Assembly (NCBI GenBank): GCA_009886035.1
Contig: VFJN01000053.1
Span: 3,251-67,250 of the forward strand
Direction: 5' to 3'
Length of the DNA: 64,000 nucleotides
DNA from: Actinomycetota bacterium
Lineage (GTDB): Bacteria > Actinomycetota > Acidimicrobiia > Acidimicrobiales > VFJN01
Shown: in pieces, positions 18,191-26,234 of the stretch
Numbering within the stretch: position 1 is the first letter of the stretch
Layout: each line of letters starts with the position of its first letter
The notes under the pieces: generated by a model
Database searches by the model: none
The model's input: only the letters and a program-made list of their open reading frames with translations
Told to the model about the DNA's origin: nothing
Position numbers and translations under genes: made by a program

Positions 18191-18915
18191 GGGATCCGGA
18201 TCCTGGCCCGGACGGCCCGATGGTCTGATCCGAGGTCGGCGGATACGTCGCTCCACACCTCGGTTACCGCCTCGCTGCACAACAGATGGTCGATGCGACT
18301 GATGGGGCGATGGGCGGGCCAGGTGTTACCCGACCCGATGCGGGTCCAGCCGGGCGGGGCAATGGCGCTGAGGCACCAGCCCCACATGTTCATGTCGCCG
18401 AGGAGGACCGCCGCCTGGTCGGAGGCGGGGAGGCTCCGTCGCAACGGACCGGCGTGGGCCACCGAACCGAACTCGAGGTGGCTGAAGTGGGTGCCGATCA
18501 CGGTGAGGGGAGAGCCGTCCACGTCGAGGTCGACCAGCAGCAATACCCGCCGGACCTTGTCGAGCCGCAGCGGCGGGAGATCGATCTGGCGGTATCGGAG
18601 AATCGGAAAGCGGGAGAGCACTGCCACCCCCCATTCGCCTTCGCCCACGCCCACGGATCCGGGGGGGCCTATGACGGCGGGCTGCGGGTGGAGGGTGGAG
18701 CGACCGAGCGACGCCGCCACCACCGACCAGCCCAGTAAGGCGGCGGCGGCGTCATGTTGACTGGGGGCATCATCGGGAGCCCAGGACTCCTGCAGGACGA
18801 TCACCTCCGCGTCGAGGTTGGCGCAGGCTGTCGGTACGTCGAAGGGAACGAGCCCGCCGCGCACCGGCCCTCTCCCCCAATGGACGTTGAAGGTGGCCAG
18901 GGTGACTTCGGTCAT
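18187..18915 (-). CDS. endonuclease/exonuclease/phosphatase (EEP) family protein
   Basis: 242 aa from ATG 18915: MTEVTLATFNVHWG..., VIVLQE, LLGDMNMW, LGSDHRAV. Track ORF 18187..19536 is over-extended into the ABC1 gene. ATGA overlap with the ABC1 stop. Confidence 0.8.
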   Translation of the reverse strand: MTEVTLATFNVHWGRGPVRGGLVPFDVPTACANLDAEVIVLQESWAPDDAPSQHDAAAALLGWSVVAASLGRSTLHPQPAVIGPPGSVGVGEGEWGVAVLSRFPILRYRQIDLPPLRLDKVRRVLLLVDLDVDGSPLTVIGTHFSHLEFGSVAHAGPLRRSLPASDQAAVLLGDMNMWGWCLSAIAPPGWTRIGSGNTWPAHRPISRIDHLLCSEAVTEVWSDVSADLGSDHRAVRARIRIP

Positions 18916-20381
18916 CGCGGCGCTCGATCGGTGGCCCACTCGGTGGCGCGGCGGCCCAGTTCGGTGGAGGGAGGGCCCTGGACAAACGGCCAGATCTCCT
19001 CGGAGATCCGCCGCCAGTTGGCGGTGGCGTGGAGCTGACCGAAGATGGCGTAGAGGCCGAGGTTGATGCGTTGAATGATGACGAAGGTAGGCGGCACGTT
19101 GGCGGACTTCAGAATGGGTCCGAACTGGCTGCTGGCGTCGAAGAACCGCCGTACGGTCTCCGAGGCGTACTCCGAGGTGATGGCGCGTACCTCGTCGTGC
19201 CGCACGAAGTCGTAGAAGTGGCCGAAGTAGTCCTCCACCTCGGCATCGCTGAAGGCATCCCCGCCTTTCATGAGGCCGACGTCTTCGATCAGGCGGCGGT
19301 AGGTGCCGATGTCGTGATCCACAACCATGGCCTTGAGCATCGCCCCGATCAGGTCCACCTCGGAGGGGCTGAAGCGCTTCACGAGGCCGAAGTCCAGGAA
19401 CGTCACCTGACCCCCGGGCCGAAACAAGTAGTTGCCGGGGTGGGGATCGCCGTTGAAGGCGTGGAGTTGGTAGAGGCTGCCGAACACGAAACGGAAGATG
19501 GATTCCGCCGCCAGGTCGCGCTCGGTCTGGGACCAACCCTCCACCTCCGAGAAGCGCGCCCCCTGCGCCAGTTCGGTGGTCAACACCCGTTCGGTGGAGA
19601 ACTCCGGGAGCACCGCAGGGATATGAATGAACGGGTGCCCCTCGTAGAAACGGGCGAAGAAGGCTTGGTTCTCCGCTTCGAGTCGGTAGTCGAGTTCCTC
19701 CAGCAGTCGCTCGCGTAGTTCGGCCACCAGCGGTTCGGGTTCGAGGCCGGGAAAGAGCATCCGCATCGCCCCGAACACCGTCCCGGCGTTAGCCAGATCG
19801 GCTCGAATCGCCGCCCCCACCCCGGGGTACTGCACCTTCACCGCCACCGCCCGGCCATCGTGCGTGATGGCCCGATGCACCTGACCGATCGACGCCGAGG
19901 CGATGGGCCGGGGATCCCACGTGGCGAAGACCTCCGTCGGGACATTCCCGAGTTCTTCGCGCACGACCTGGGCGGCCAGAGCGGCACTCATGGGCGGCGC
20001 GTTCTGTTGCAGTTCCGCCAGCGCTTGGCGCACCGGGGTGGGCAGGCCCGGGTCTAAGTAGCTGGCCATTTGCCCCAACTTCATCATGGCGCCCTTCATC
20101 TGGCCGAGGGCTTCGCTGATCGATTCCGCCGTCTGCAGTTCGAACCGCTCGTCGAGTTCCCCTTGCCGTTCCACCGACGCGAACGCTCGCCGGGCCCGGT
20201 GCAGGGCGTAATGGCGGCTCGCGTTGGCACTCAGGCCGGCCAGTTTCAGATTGCGGCGGGTCCGGCTCGCCGAGGCGATCGGGCCCGGCGGCGGCCTCGT
20301 TTTATTGTGCAGCGCCATGAGCCCGGCCGTGCTCGCGAGAACCATGCCCGCTCGTCGCGCGGTCTTCGAAAGACGGGGCAT
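18912..20381 (-). CDS. ABC1/UbiB (AarF) atypical kinase family protein
   Basis: Motifs PIASASIGQVHRA, AVKVQYPG, GDPHPGNYLF and FLDFGLV. The start is taken at ATG 20381 (alternative ATG 20345). The track start at 20582 would overlap the divergent DoxX gene. Confidence 0.85.
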   Translation of the reverse strand: MPRLSKTARRAGMVLASTAGLMALHNKTRPPPGPIASASRTRRNLKLAGLSANASRHYALHRARRAFASVERQGELDERFELQTAESISEALGQMKGAMMKLGQMASYLDPGLPTPVRQALAELQQNAPPMSAALAAQVVREELGNVPTEVFATWDPRPIASASIGQVHRAITHDGRAVAVKVQYPGVGAAIRADLANAGTVFGAMRMLFPGLEPEPLVAELRERLLEELDYRLEAENQAFFARFYEGHPFIHIPAVLPEFSTERVLTTELAQGARFSEVEGWSQTERDLAAESIFRFVFGSLYQLHAFNGDPHPGNYLFRPGGQVTFLDFGLVKRFSPSEVDLIGAMLKAMVVDHDIGTYRRLIEDVGLMKGGDAFSDAEVEDYFGHFYDFVRHDEVRAITSEYASETVRRFFDASSQFGPILKSANVPPTFVIIQRINLGLYAIFGQLHATANWRRISEEIWPFVQGPPSTELGRRATEWATDRAPR

Positions 20382-20420
20382 AACCCGCAAGGGTATCGAG
20401 GCCCCGGTACGGTTCCGGCT

Positions 20421-20951
20421 GTGAAGAACATCGACGCAAGCAACGTGGTTCTCCTGATGCTGCGCTTGGGGGTGGGAGCGGTGATGTTGGCCCACGGCAT
20501 CAACCACATCTTCGGGGGCGGGAAGATCGAAGGGACGGGTCGCTGGTTCGCCAGCCTCGGGGTGAAACCGGGCCGCCTGCACGCCTGGCTGGCCAGCATC
20601 ACCGAGATCATCGGCGGTGTCCTGCTGTTACTCGGGCTGCTCATGCCGCTGGGGGCGGCGGCGGTGGTGGGGGTGATGTTGGTGGCCTGGATCACCAACC
20701 ACCGCGGGAATGGCTTTTTCATCTTCCGCCCGGGGGAGGGCTGGGAATACGTGATGATCCTCACGCTCACCGGCGTGGCCCTGGGGGTGTTGGGAGCCGG
20801 TGAATGGTCGCTCGATCATCACCTGGACATCTTCGATCCACCGGAGGCCGAGGGTCTGCTCATTGTGCTGGCGGCGGGCGGCGGCGGGGCTCTCGCGTTG
20901 CTGGCGCTGTGCTGGCGTCCGCCGGCCAAGGATCCCAAACCTGCCCCCTGA
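20421..20951 (+). CDS. DoxX family membrane protein
   Basis: 176 aa from GTG 20421, which is in frame within track ORF 20070..20951. Four hydrophobic helices, with LRLGVGAVMLAHGINHIFGG typical of DoxX. Confidence 0.8.
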   Translation: MKNIDASNVVLLMLRLGVGAVMLAHGINHIFGGGKIEGTGRWFASLGVKPGRLHAWLASITEIIGGVLLLLGLLMPLGAAAVVGVMLVAWITNHRGNGFFIFRPGEGWEYVMILTLTGVALGVLGAGEWSLDHHLDIFDPPEAEGLLIVLAAGGGGALALLALCWRPPAKDPKPAP

Positions 20952-20971
20952 TGAGCGGCTCGGTGCCCGGG

Positions 20972-21862
20972 CTAGCCAAACGACGCCGAGATGTGGGACG
21001 CAATGGCCTTGGCGCCGCGAGGGGTGAACAGGATCGAGTGGTGGTTGGTGTTTTCCACCAGCATCTCGAGGCGGATCGGCCAGGTGGCTCGGAAGGGGTT
21101 GAGAAGTTCGTCGGGGAGCAGTGGCGGAATCTGGTTGAGTAAGCCCCGTGGGGCACGAAGCAACACGGCTCGTTGGGACAGCGCCAGGAAGGCACTGCGT
21201 ACCTCCGGGCTGGTCAGGAGTTCGCGACCGTCGAACCCCACGGCGTCGAGCGACGTGGAGGATCGCAGGTTTGGTTCGGTGCTACCGATGAGGTCGTGGT
21301 CGAGCCAGGCCATGGTGTCGTCGTTCCAGGCCCCAGGGTCGGCTAGGGCGGGGTGTTCTCGCCAGAACAAATTGTGCTCGGCGCGGGTGGTGAAGGTCTT
21401 GGTGAGACGTTTGAGGGTGAGGCCGAGCACGCCCTGAAAGAGCGCCTCGGGATCGATGCCGCGAGGGAGCCGGAGGGGCACTCCCCCCTCCACCAGGATC
21501 ACCGCCGACCAGCGGTCCGGGTTGACGGTGGCCGCCGTGGTGGCGACGTAGGCCCCCAGTGAATGACCCGCCAACACCGCCTGTTGGAGGCCCAGGTGGT
21601 CGAGGATGGCGACGAGGTCGGCGGCGTGGGCCCGCATGCCGAACGGCGGCGGGAGGGTGCTGGACATTCCCCGCCCGCGTAAGTCGGGGGCAAACAAGGA
21701 GATACTCGGATCGAGGGCACGGGCGACCGCCTGCCATGAGTATTGGTTGCCGATGATGCCGTGGGCTGCCACCACCACCTTCGGGCCCTCACCCCAGCGC
21801 CGCACCCCCAGCGATCCCCCCGCCACCGGCACGTCGAAGGCAGTTGCCGGCGCGAGTGACAT
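20972..21862 (-). CDS. alpha/beta hydrolase
   Basis: 296 aa from ATG 21862. Nucleophile elbow GHSLGAY and an HG oxyanion region (AAHGIIGN). TACCCT hexamer 6 nt upstream of the ATG. Confidence 0.8.
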   Translation of the reverse strand: MSLAPATAFDVPVAGGSLGVRRWGEGPKVVVAAHGIIGNQYSWQAVARALDPSISLFAPDLRGRGMSSTLPPPFGMRAHAADLVAILDHLGLQQAVLAGHSLGAYVATTAATVNPDRWSAVILVEGGVPLRLPRGIDPEALFQGVLGLTLKRLTKTFTTRAEHNLFWREHPALADPGAWNDDTMAWLDHDLIGSTEPNLRSSTSLDAVGFDGRELLTSPEVRSAFLALSQRAVLLRAPRGLLNQIPPLLPDELLNPFRATWPIRLEMLVENTNHHSILFTPRGAKAIASHISASFG

Positions 21863-21939
21863 GGGCGCAGGGTAGCGCCACCGTAGGAGAGTCCTGGACA
21901 AATGTGACGACCCGTCAGACAGCGCCGTAACCTCGGCGC

Positions 21940-23316
21940 ATGGCAACCCGGGGAATCGTCGGCGCGGCCGCCTACCTGCCTCATCGTCGCCTCGATCGCA
22001 CCACGATGGCGGCAGTGTCCGGTGGCGGGGGGAGCCGCGGCACCCGGACCGTGGCGGGCTACGACGAGGACACCACCACGATGGGGGTGGAAGCCGCCCG
22101 CGCCGCGCTGCGGCCCTTGGGTGATGTGCGGCCGCAGGCACTGTGGTTCTCCACGGTGGCCCCGGCCTACGCCGACAAGACCAACGCCACGGCCCTTCAC
22201 GCGGCGCTGCGGTTGCCGGCCTCGGCCGGTGCGTTCGATGCCAACGGGTCTGTGCGTTCCGCCATCGGTGCGCTGCGCGCCGCGCTGGCTGCCGACGGTC
22301 CGCAGGTGGTGGTGAGCGCCGATCTGCGCACGGGGTTGCCGGGTGGTCCCGATGAAGCCATCTTCGGTGATGGTGCAGCCGCCCTAGTGATCGCCGATTC
22401 GGACACGGCCCCGGTGCTGGCGGAGGTCATCGGATGGGGGTGTGCGACCGAGGAGTTCCTCGACCGTTGGCGTACGCCGGGGGAAGACTGCTCCCGGACG
22501 TGGGAGGAACGCTTCGGCGAGACGCGCTATCTGCCTTTGGGTGTCGCAGCATGGGAAGCGGCGCTGGCCGACGCGGAGCAGGCAGCCGAGCAGATCGACC
22601 ACATCATCATCACGGGTACCTCCAGCCGCGCCAACGCCGCGTTGGCCAAGAAACTGGCCGTAGGGGACCGCCGCATCGACGACCTTGGGGCCACGGTGGG
22701 CAATACCGGCGCCGCCCATCCGGCGTTGCTCCTCACCGCGGCGCTCGAGGTCGCTACCCCCGGTCAGGTCATTGCCTTGATCGTGCTGGCCGACGGCGCC
22801 GATGTGATGCTCGTGCGCACTGCCGATGCCCTCGCCGCCTGGGTGCCGTCCCGACCGCTGGCCGACCAGGTGTCCGCCGGGGGAGCGATCGCCTACGGCA
22901 CGTACCTGCGTTGGCGGGGCCTGCTCCCGGTGGAACCTCCTCGGCGTCCGGAGCCGGCTCGCCCGTCGGCCTCGGCGGCGGCTCGCTCGGCCGATTGGAA
23001 GTTTGGCTTCGTGGGCTCGTCGAGGGAGGGGGGGCCCGTGCATCTCCCGCCCCAGCCCGGCGACGATGGGGTGGTACCCATGGCTGATGCGAGCGGAACC
23101 ATCGTGACCTTCACCGTGGATCGCCTGGCGTACTCGCCGAGCCCTCCGGTGGTGTTTGCGGTGGTCGACTTCGATGGCGGTGGACGGCTACCGGTGGAAC
23201 TCACCGATGTCGACATCGACCAGGTGCGCATCGGCGGACGGGTGGAACCCACCTTTCGGAAACTCTTCACCGCCGATGGCGTCCACAACTACTTCTGGAA
23301 GGCTCGGATGACCTGA
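21940..23316 (+). CDS. thiolase-superfamily condensing-enzyme-like (HMG-CoA synthase/KAS III-like) domain fused to DUF35-type OB-fold domain; nucleophile Cys apparently absent
   Basis: 458 aa. Condensing-enzyme-like segments AGYDEDTTTMGVEAARAAL, IFGDGAAALVI and VGNTGAAHPALLL. The C-terminal 110 aa or so are OB-fold-like (GTIVTFTVDRLAYSP...VVDFDGGGRLPVELT) with no Zn-ribbon cysteines. There is no Cys in residues 1-160. Confidence 0.75.
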   Translation: MATRGIVGAAAYLPHRRLDRTTMAAVSGGGGSRGTRTVAGYDEDTTTMGVEAARAALRPLGDVRPQALWFSTVAPAYADKTNATALHAALRLPASAGAFDANGSVRSAIGALRAALAADGPQVVVSADLRTGLPGGPDEAIFGDGAAALVIADSDTAPVLAEVIGWGCATEEFLDRWRTPGEDCSRTWEERFGETRYLPLGVAAWEAALADAEQAAEQIDHIIITGTSSRANAALAKKLAVGDRRIDDLGATVGNTGAAHPALLLTAALEVATPGQVIALIVLADGADVMLVRTADALAAWVPSRPLADQVSAGGAIAYGTYLRWRGLLPVEPPRRPEPARPSASAAARSADWKFGFVGSSREGGPVHLPPQPGDDGVVPMADASGTIVTFTVDRLAYSPSPPVVFAVVDFDGGGRLPVELTDVDIDQVRIGGRVEPTFRKLFTADGVHNYFWKARMT

Positions 23317-24515
23317 TGGGCTCGCATGGGATCAAGGATCGCGTGGCCATCGTGGGCATGGGCTGCACCCGCTTCGCGGAGCACTGGGATAAGGGTCTCG
23401 ACGACCTCTTGTTGGAAGCCACCGGCGATGCCTTCTCCGACGCCGGGGTACACAAGGACGACGTCGACGCCTATTGGCTAGGCACGGCCCAAGGGGGCAT
23501 GAGCGGGATGCTGCTCTCGAAGCCGCTGCAACTCGAGGGCAAGCCCGTCAGCCGGGTGGAGAACATGTGTGCCACCGGCTCGGATGCGCTGCGCCAGGCC
23601 GCCTACGCGGTGGCCTCGGGTGCCTACGACCTCGCCATGGCGGTGGGCGTGGAGAAAGTGAAGGACTCGGGCTACCAAGGGCTCAATGCCTTCCCGGTGC
23701 CCAACGATGGCACCGGCCGCACCCTTACGGCAGCCGCCATGTTCTCGATGGTGCTGCCCGCCTACGCCGCCCGGTACGGCGTGGATGCCCAGGAACTGAA
23801 GGCGGTGCTGGCCCGCATCGCCTCCAAGAATCACTACAACGGCGCCCGTAACCCGCGGGCGCAATTCCGTCGTGAGATGTCGGTGGAGCAAATCCTGGCC
23901 ATGCCCGATGTGGCTGGGGGTCTCTCGGTGTTCGACTGTGCCGGCGTGGCCGATGGGGCGGCGGCGGCGATTGTGTGCCGGGCCGAAGATGCCCATCGAT
24001 ACACCGACACGCCGCTGTATGTGAAGGCGCTGTCCTTCGTGGCGGGCAACGGCTCGGGTCTGACCGATCCCGCCTACGACTACACCACCTTTCCCGAGAT
24101 CGTGGCCTGCGCCCGCGATGCCTACGCGCAGGCTGGCATCACCAACCCCCGCACTGAACTCGCCATGGCCGAAGTGCACGACTGCTTCACTCCCACCGAG
24201 TTGGTGCTCATGGAGGACCTCGGCTTTTGCGAACGCGGCACGGCGTGGCAGGAGATCCAGGCCGGCGCCTTCGATCTGGCCGGTGACTTGCCGGTGAACC
24301 CCGATGGCGGCCTCAAGTCGTTCGGCCACCCGGTGGGGGCGTCGGGACTGCGCATGATGTTCGAGGCCTGGCTGCAACTGCGGAATCAGGCGCCCGCCGA
24401 TCGTCAGATCGCCACCACGACCGACCGCCACTTGGCCCTCACCCATAACCTGGGCGGCTACCCCGGGGAGATGGTGAGCTTCGTGTCGATTCTCGGAACC
24501 GAGCTCGACGGCTAG
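23316..24515 (+). CDS. SCP2-type thiolase / lipid-transfer-protein family
   Basis: 399 aa. VENMCATGSDAL (nucleophile Cys), EVHDCFTPTE (HDCF motif) and LTHNLGG. The start overlaps the previous stop (TGATG). Confidence 0.9.
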   Translation: MGSHGIKDRVAIVGMGCTRFAEHWDKGLDDLLLEATGDAFSDAGVHKDDVDAYWLGTAQGGMSGMLLSKPLQLEGKPVSRVENMCATGSDALRQAAYAVASGAYDLAMAVGVEKVKDSGYQGLNAFPVPNDGTGRTLTAAAMFSMVLPAYAARYGVDAQELKAVLARIASKNHYNGARNPRAQFRREMSVEQILAMPDVAGGLSVFDCAGVADGAAAAIVCRAEDAHRYTDTPLYVKALSFVAGNGSGLTDPAYDYTTFPEIVACARDAYAQAGITNPRTELAMAEVHDCFTPTELVLMEDLGFCERGTAWQEIQAGAFDLAGDLPVNPDGGLKSFGHPVGASGLRMMFEAWLQLRNQAPADRQIATTTDRHLALTHNLGGYPGEMVSFVSILGTELDG

Positions 24516-24536
24516 CACGCCCCTAGGGTCAGTCGG

Positions 24537-26234
24537 ATGCAGTTCCGGGAAGATCGGGTGGACATACGCTCGGGCGAGGTTGATGCCATCGCGGTGGAGT
24601 GGTCGTGGTCCTCGCACCGGCTCAGTTGGTCGATCACCAATCGATCGGATGCGCCGGTGGCGGTCGACGCGGTGGCAGTGGTCGGTCGGCTCGAGGGGGT
24701 GCGAGAGCCGCTGCGGGTGCTCCGCCATGGCTATCAGTCGTGGTCGCCCACCGCCGTAGCCACCTTTCGGGTGGATGAGGATGGATCGCGTGCCCCCGGC
24801 GTTAGTTCAATGCCGATCGGAATGCACCACGCTGATTGGGCGCCGGCGGAGGCCGATGAGGTGCGCAGCGAGATGGTTACCGCGCTGCGCGACGACACGG
24901 GGGCGGTGGTCGTGGCCGGGTTCCTGGGGGGGTCCGAACACGACGGCACCTTCCGGGTGCGTGCCGCCCGCGACGGGAGCGAGCACATCGAGTTGTGGAT
25001 CGAAGCCTTTCTCGGGGGGGCGGTGTTGGTGCCGGGGGAGCGGCGGGAACTGCACGAGGTCAGCCTGGCGGTAGGCGAGCGCGAGCCGTCGAGTCTGCTC
25101 TCGGCGTGGGCAGCCGAGCGGGGGCGGGCGGACGGCGCCCGCACCACGGCGGCCTATCAGGTGGGCTGGTGCTCCTGGTACCACTACTTCCATGCCGTGA
25201 CCGAAGCGGACCTGCGTTCCAATCTGGCCCGGGCGGAAGCATGGCCGTTCGACGTGTTCCAACTCGACGACGGATTTCAGGCCGCCATCGGCGACTGGCT
25301 GGACACCAACGAGAAGTTCCCCACCCCTCTCGATGGCTTGGCCGCCGCCATGGCCACCGAAGGCCTCACCCCGGGTATTTGGATCGCTCCGTTCCTCGCC
25401 GCCCCTGCATCCGAGGTAGCCCGGGCTCACCCGGATTGGTTGGCGGTCCATCGCCCGAGCGGGCGGCCGTTGGTGGGGATGGTCAATGGCAACTGGGGGG
25501 GTGCGGTGCACACGCTGGACACCTCGAACCCGGAGGTGTTGGACCATCTCGAGCACGTGGCCCGATCCCTCGTGGAGGCGGGCTACCCGTACATCAAGCT
25601 TGATTTCACCTACGCGCCCTCGATTCTCGGCGGCTACGCCGATCCCAGCCGGACTCCGGCGCAACGCGTGCGGGCGGGCTTTGATGCGCTCCGGCGGGGG
25701 GCGGGCGGGGACACGTTTCTCTTGGGATGCGGGGCGCCGCTGGGGGCCACCGTGGGGGCGGTGGACGGCATGCGGATCGGGGCGGACGTGGCCCCGTGGT
25801 GGCACCCGCAGCCCGAGCAATATCAACCCGCGGGGCATCTCGGCGGGGAACCGGCCACCCTCAACGCGTGGCGGAACACGCTCAGCCGTTCGTTCATGCA
25901 CCGTCAACTGTGGCTGAATGACCCCGACTGCCTCATGCTCCGATCGGCGCGCACTCGGTTGGATCCCGAGCAGATGCGGGCGTGGGCCCTGGCGGTGGGG
26001 GTGAGCGGCGGTATGGCGTTGGTGTCTGATGATCTCGCTCTGCTCGGTGCTGATGAGCGGGCCCTGCTCGATGAGGTGGTGGCCCTCGGTCGAGAAGTGG
26101 ATGCCGAATCCACTCCGCCCCGCTGCCTTGATCTGATGGAGGCGGATCCCCCGAGTCGGCTGGTGACCGCCGGCGTCGAACTGGTGGGCGACCCCGCTCG
26201 GGGCGCCGCCTACCTGCAGGGCCGGCTGGCCTAG
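24537..26234 (+). CDS. clan GH-D glycoside hydrolase, alpha-galactosidase-like (GH36-type)
   Basis: 565 aa. GWCSWYHYF, FQLDDGFQAAIGDW, YIKLDFTY (K-x-D nucleophile region) and WLNDPDCLML. The subfamily call is from recollection. Confidence 0.72.
   Translation: MQFREDRVDIRSGEVDAIAVEWSWSSHRLSWSITNRSDAPVAVDAVAVVGRLEGVREPLRVLRHGYQSWSPTAVATFRVDEDGSRAPGVSSMPIGMHHADWAPAEADEVRSEMVTALRDDTGAVVVAGFLGGSEHDGTFRVRAARDGSEHIELWIEAFLGGAVLVPGERRELHEVSLAVGEREPSSLLSAWAAERGRADGARTTAAYQVGWCSWYHYFHAVTEADLRSNLARAEAWPFDVFQLDDGFQAAIGDWLDTNEKFPTPLDGLAAAMATEGLTPGIWIAPFLAAPASEVARAHPDWLAVHRPSGRPLVGMVNGNWGGAVHTLDTSNPEVLDHLEHVARSLVEAGYPYIKLDFTYAPSILGGYADPSRTPAQRVRAGFDALRRGAGGDTFLLGCGAPLGATVGAVDGMRIGADVAPWWHPQPEQYQPAGHLGGEPATLNAWRNTLSRSFMHRQLWLNDPDCLMLRSARTRLDPEQMRAWALAVGVSGGMALVSDDLALLGADERALLDEVVALGREVDAESTPPRCLDLMEADPPSRLVTAGVELVGDPARGAAYLQGRLA

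Noticed and set aside
18187-19536. Over-extended N-termini in the ORF track. Examples are 18187..19536 at 449 aa, 33354..35135 at 593 aa, 20972..22141, 31557..32639, 47028..48824, 46718..47392, 13497..14126, 3311..4093, 3982..4524, 39754..40668 and 58140..58799.
   Set aside because: The extensions overlap neighbouring genes or promoters and are Arg/Pro-rich. Internal starts coincide with stop/start overlaps, SD sequences or TANNNT hexamers, and with the N-termini expected for the families. The genes were kept with trimmed coordinates.
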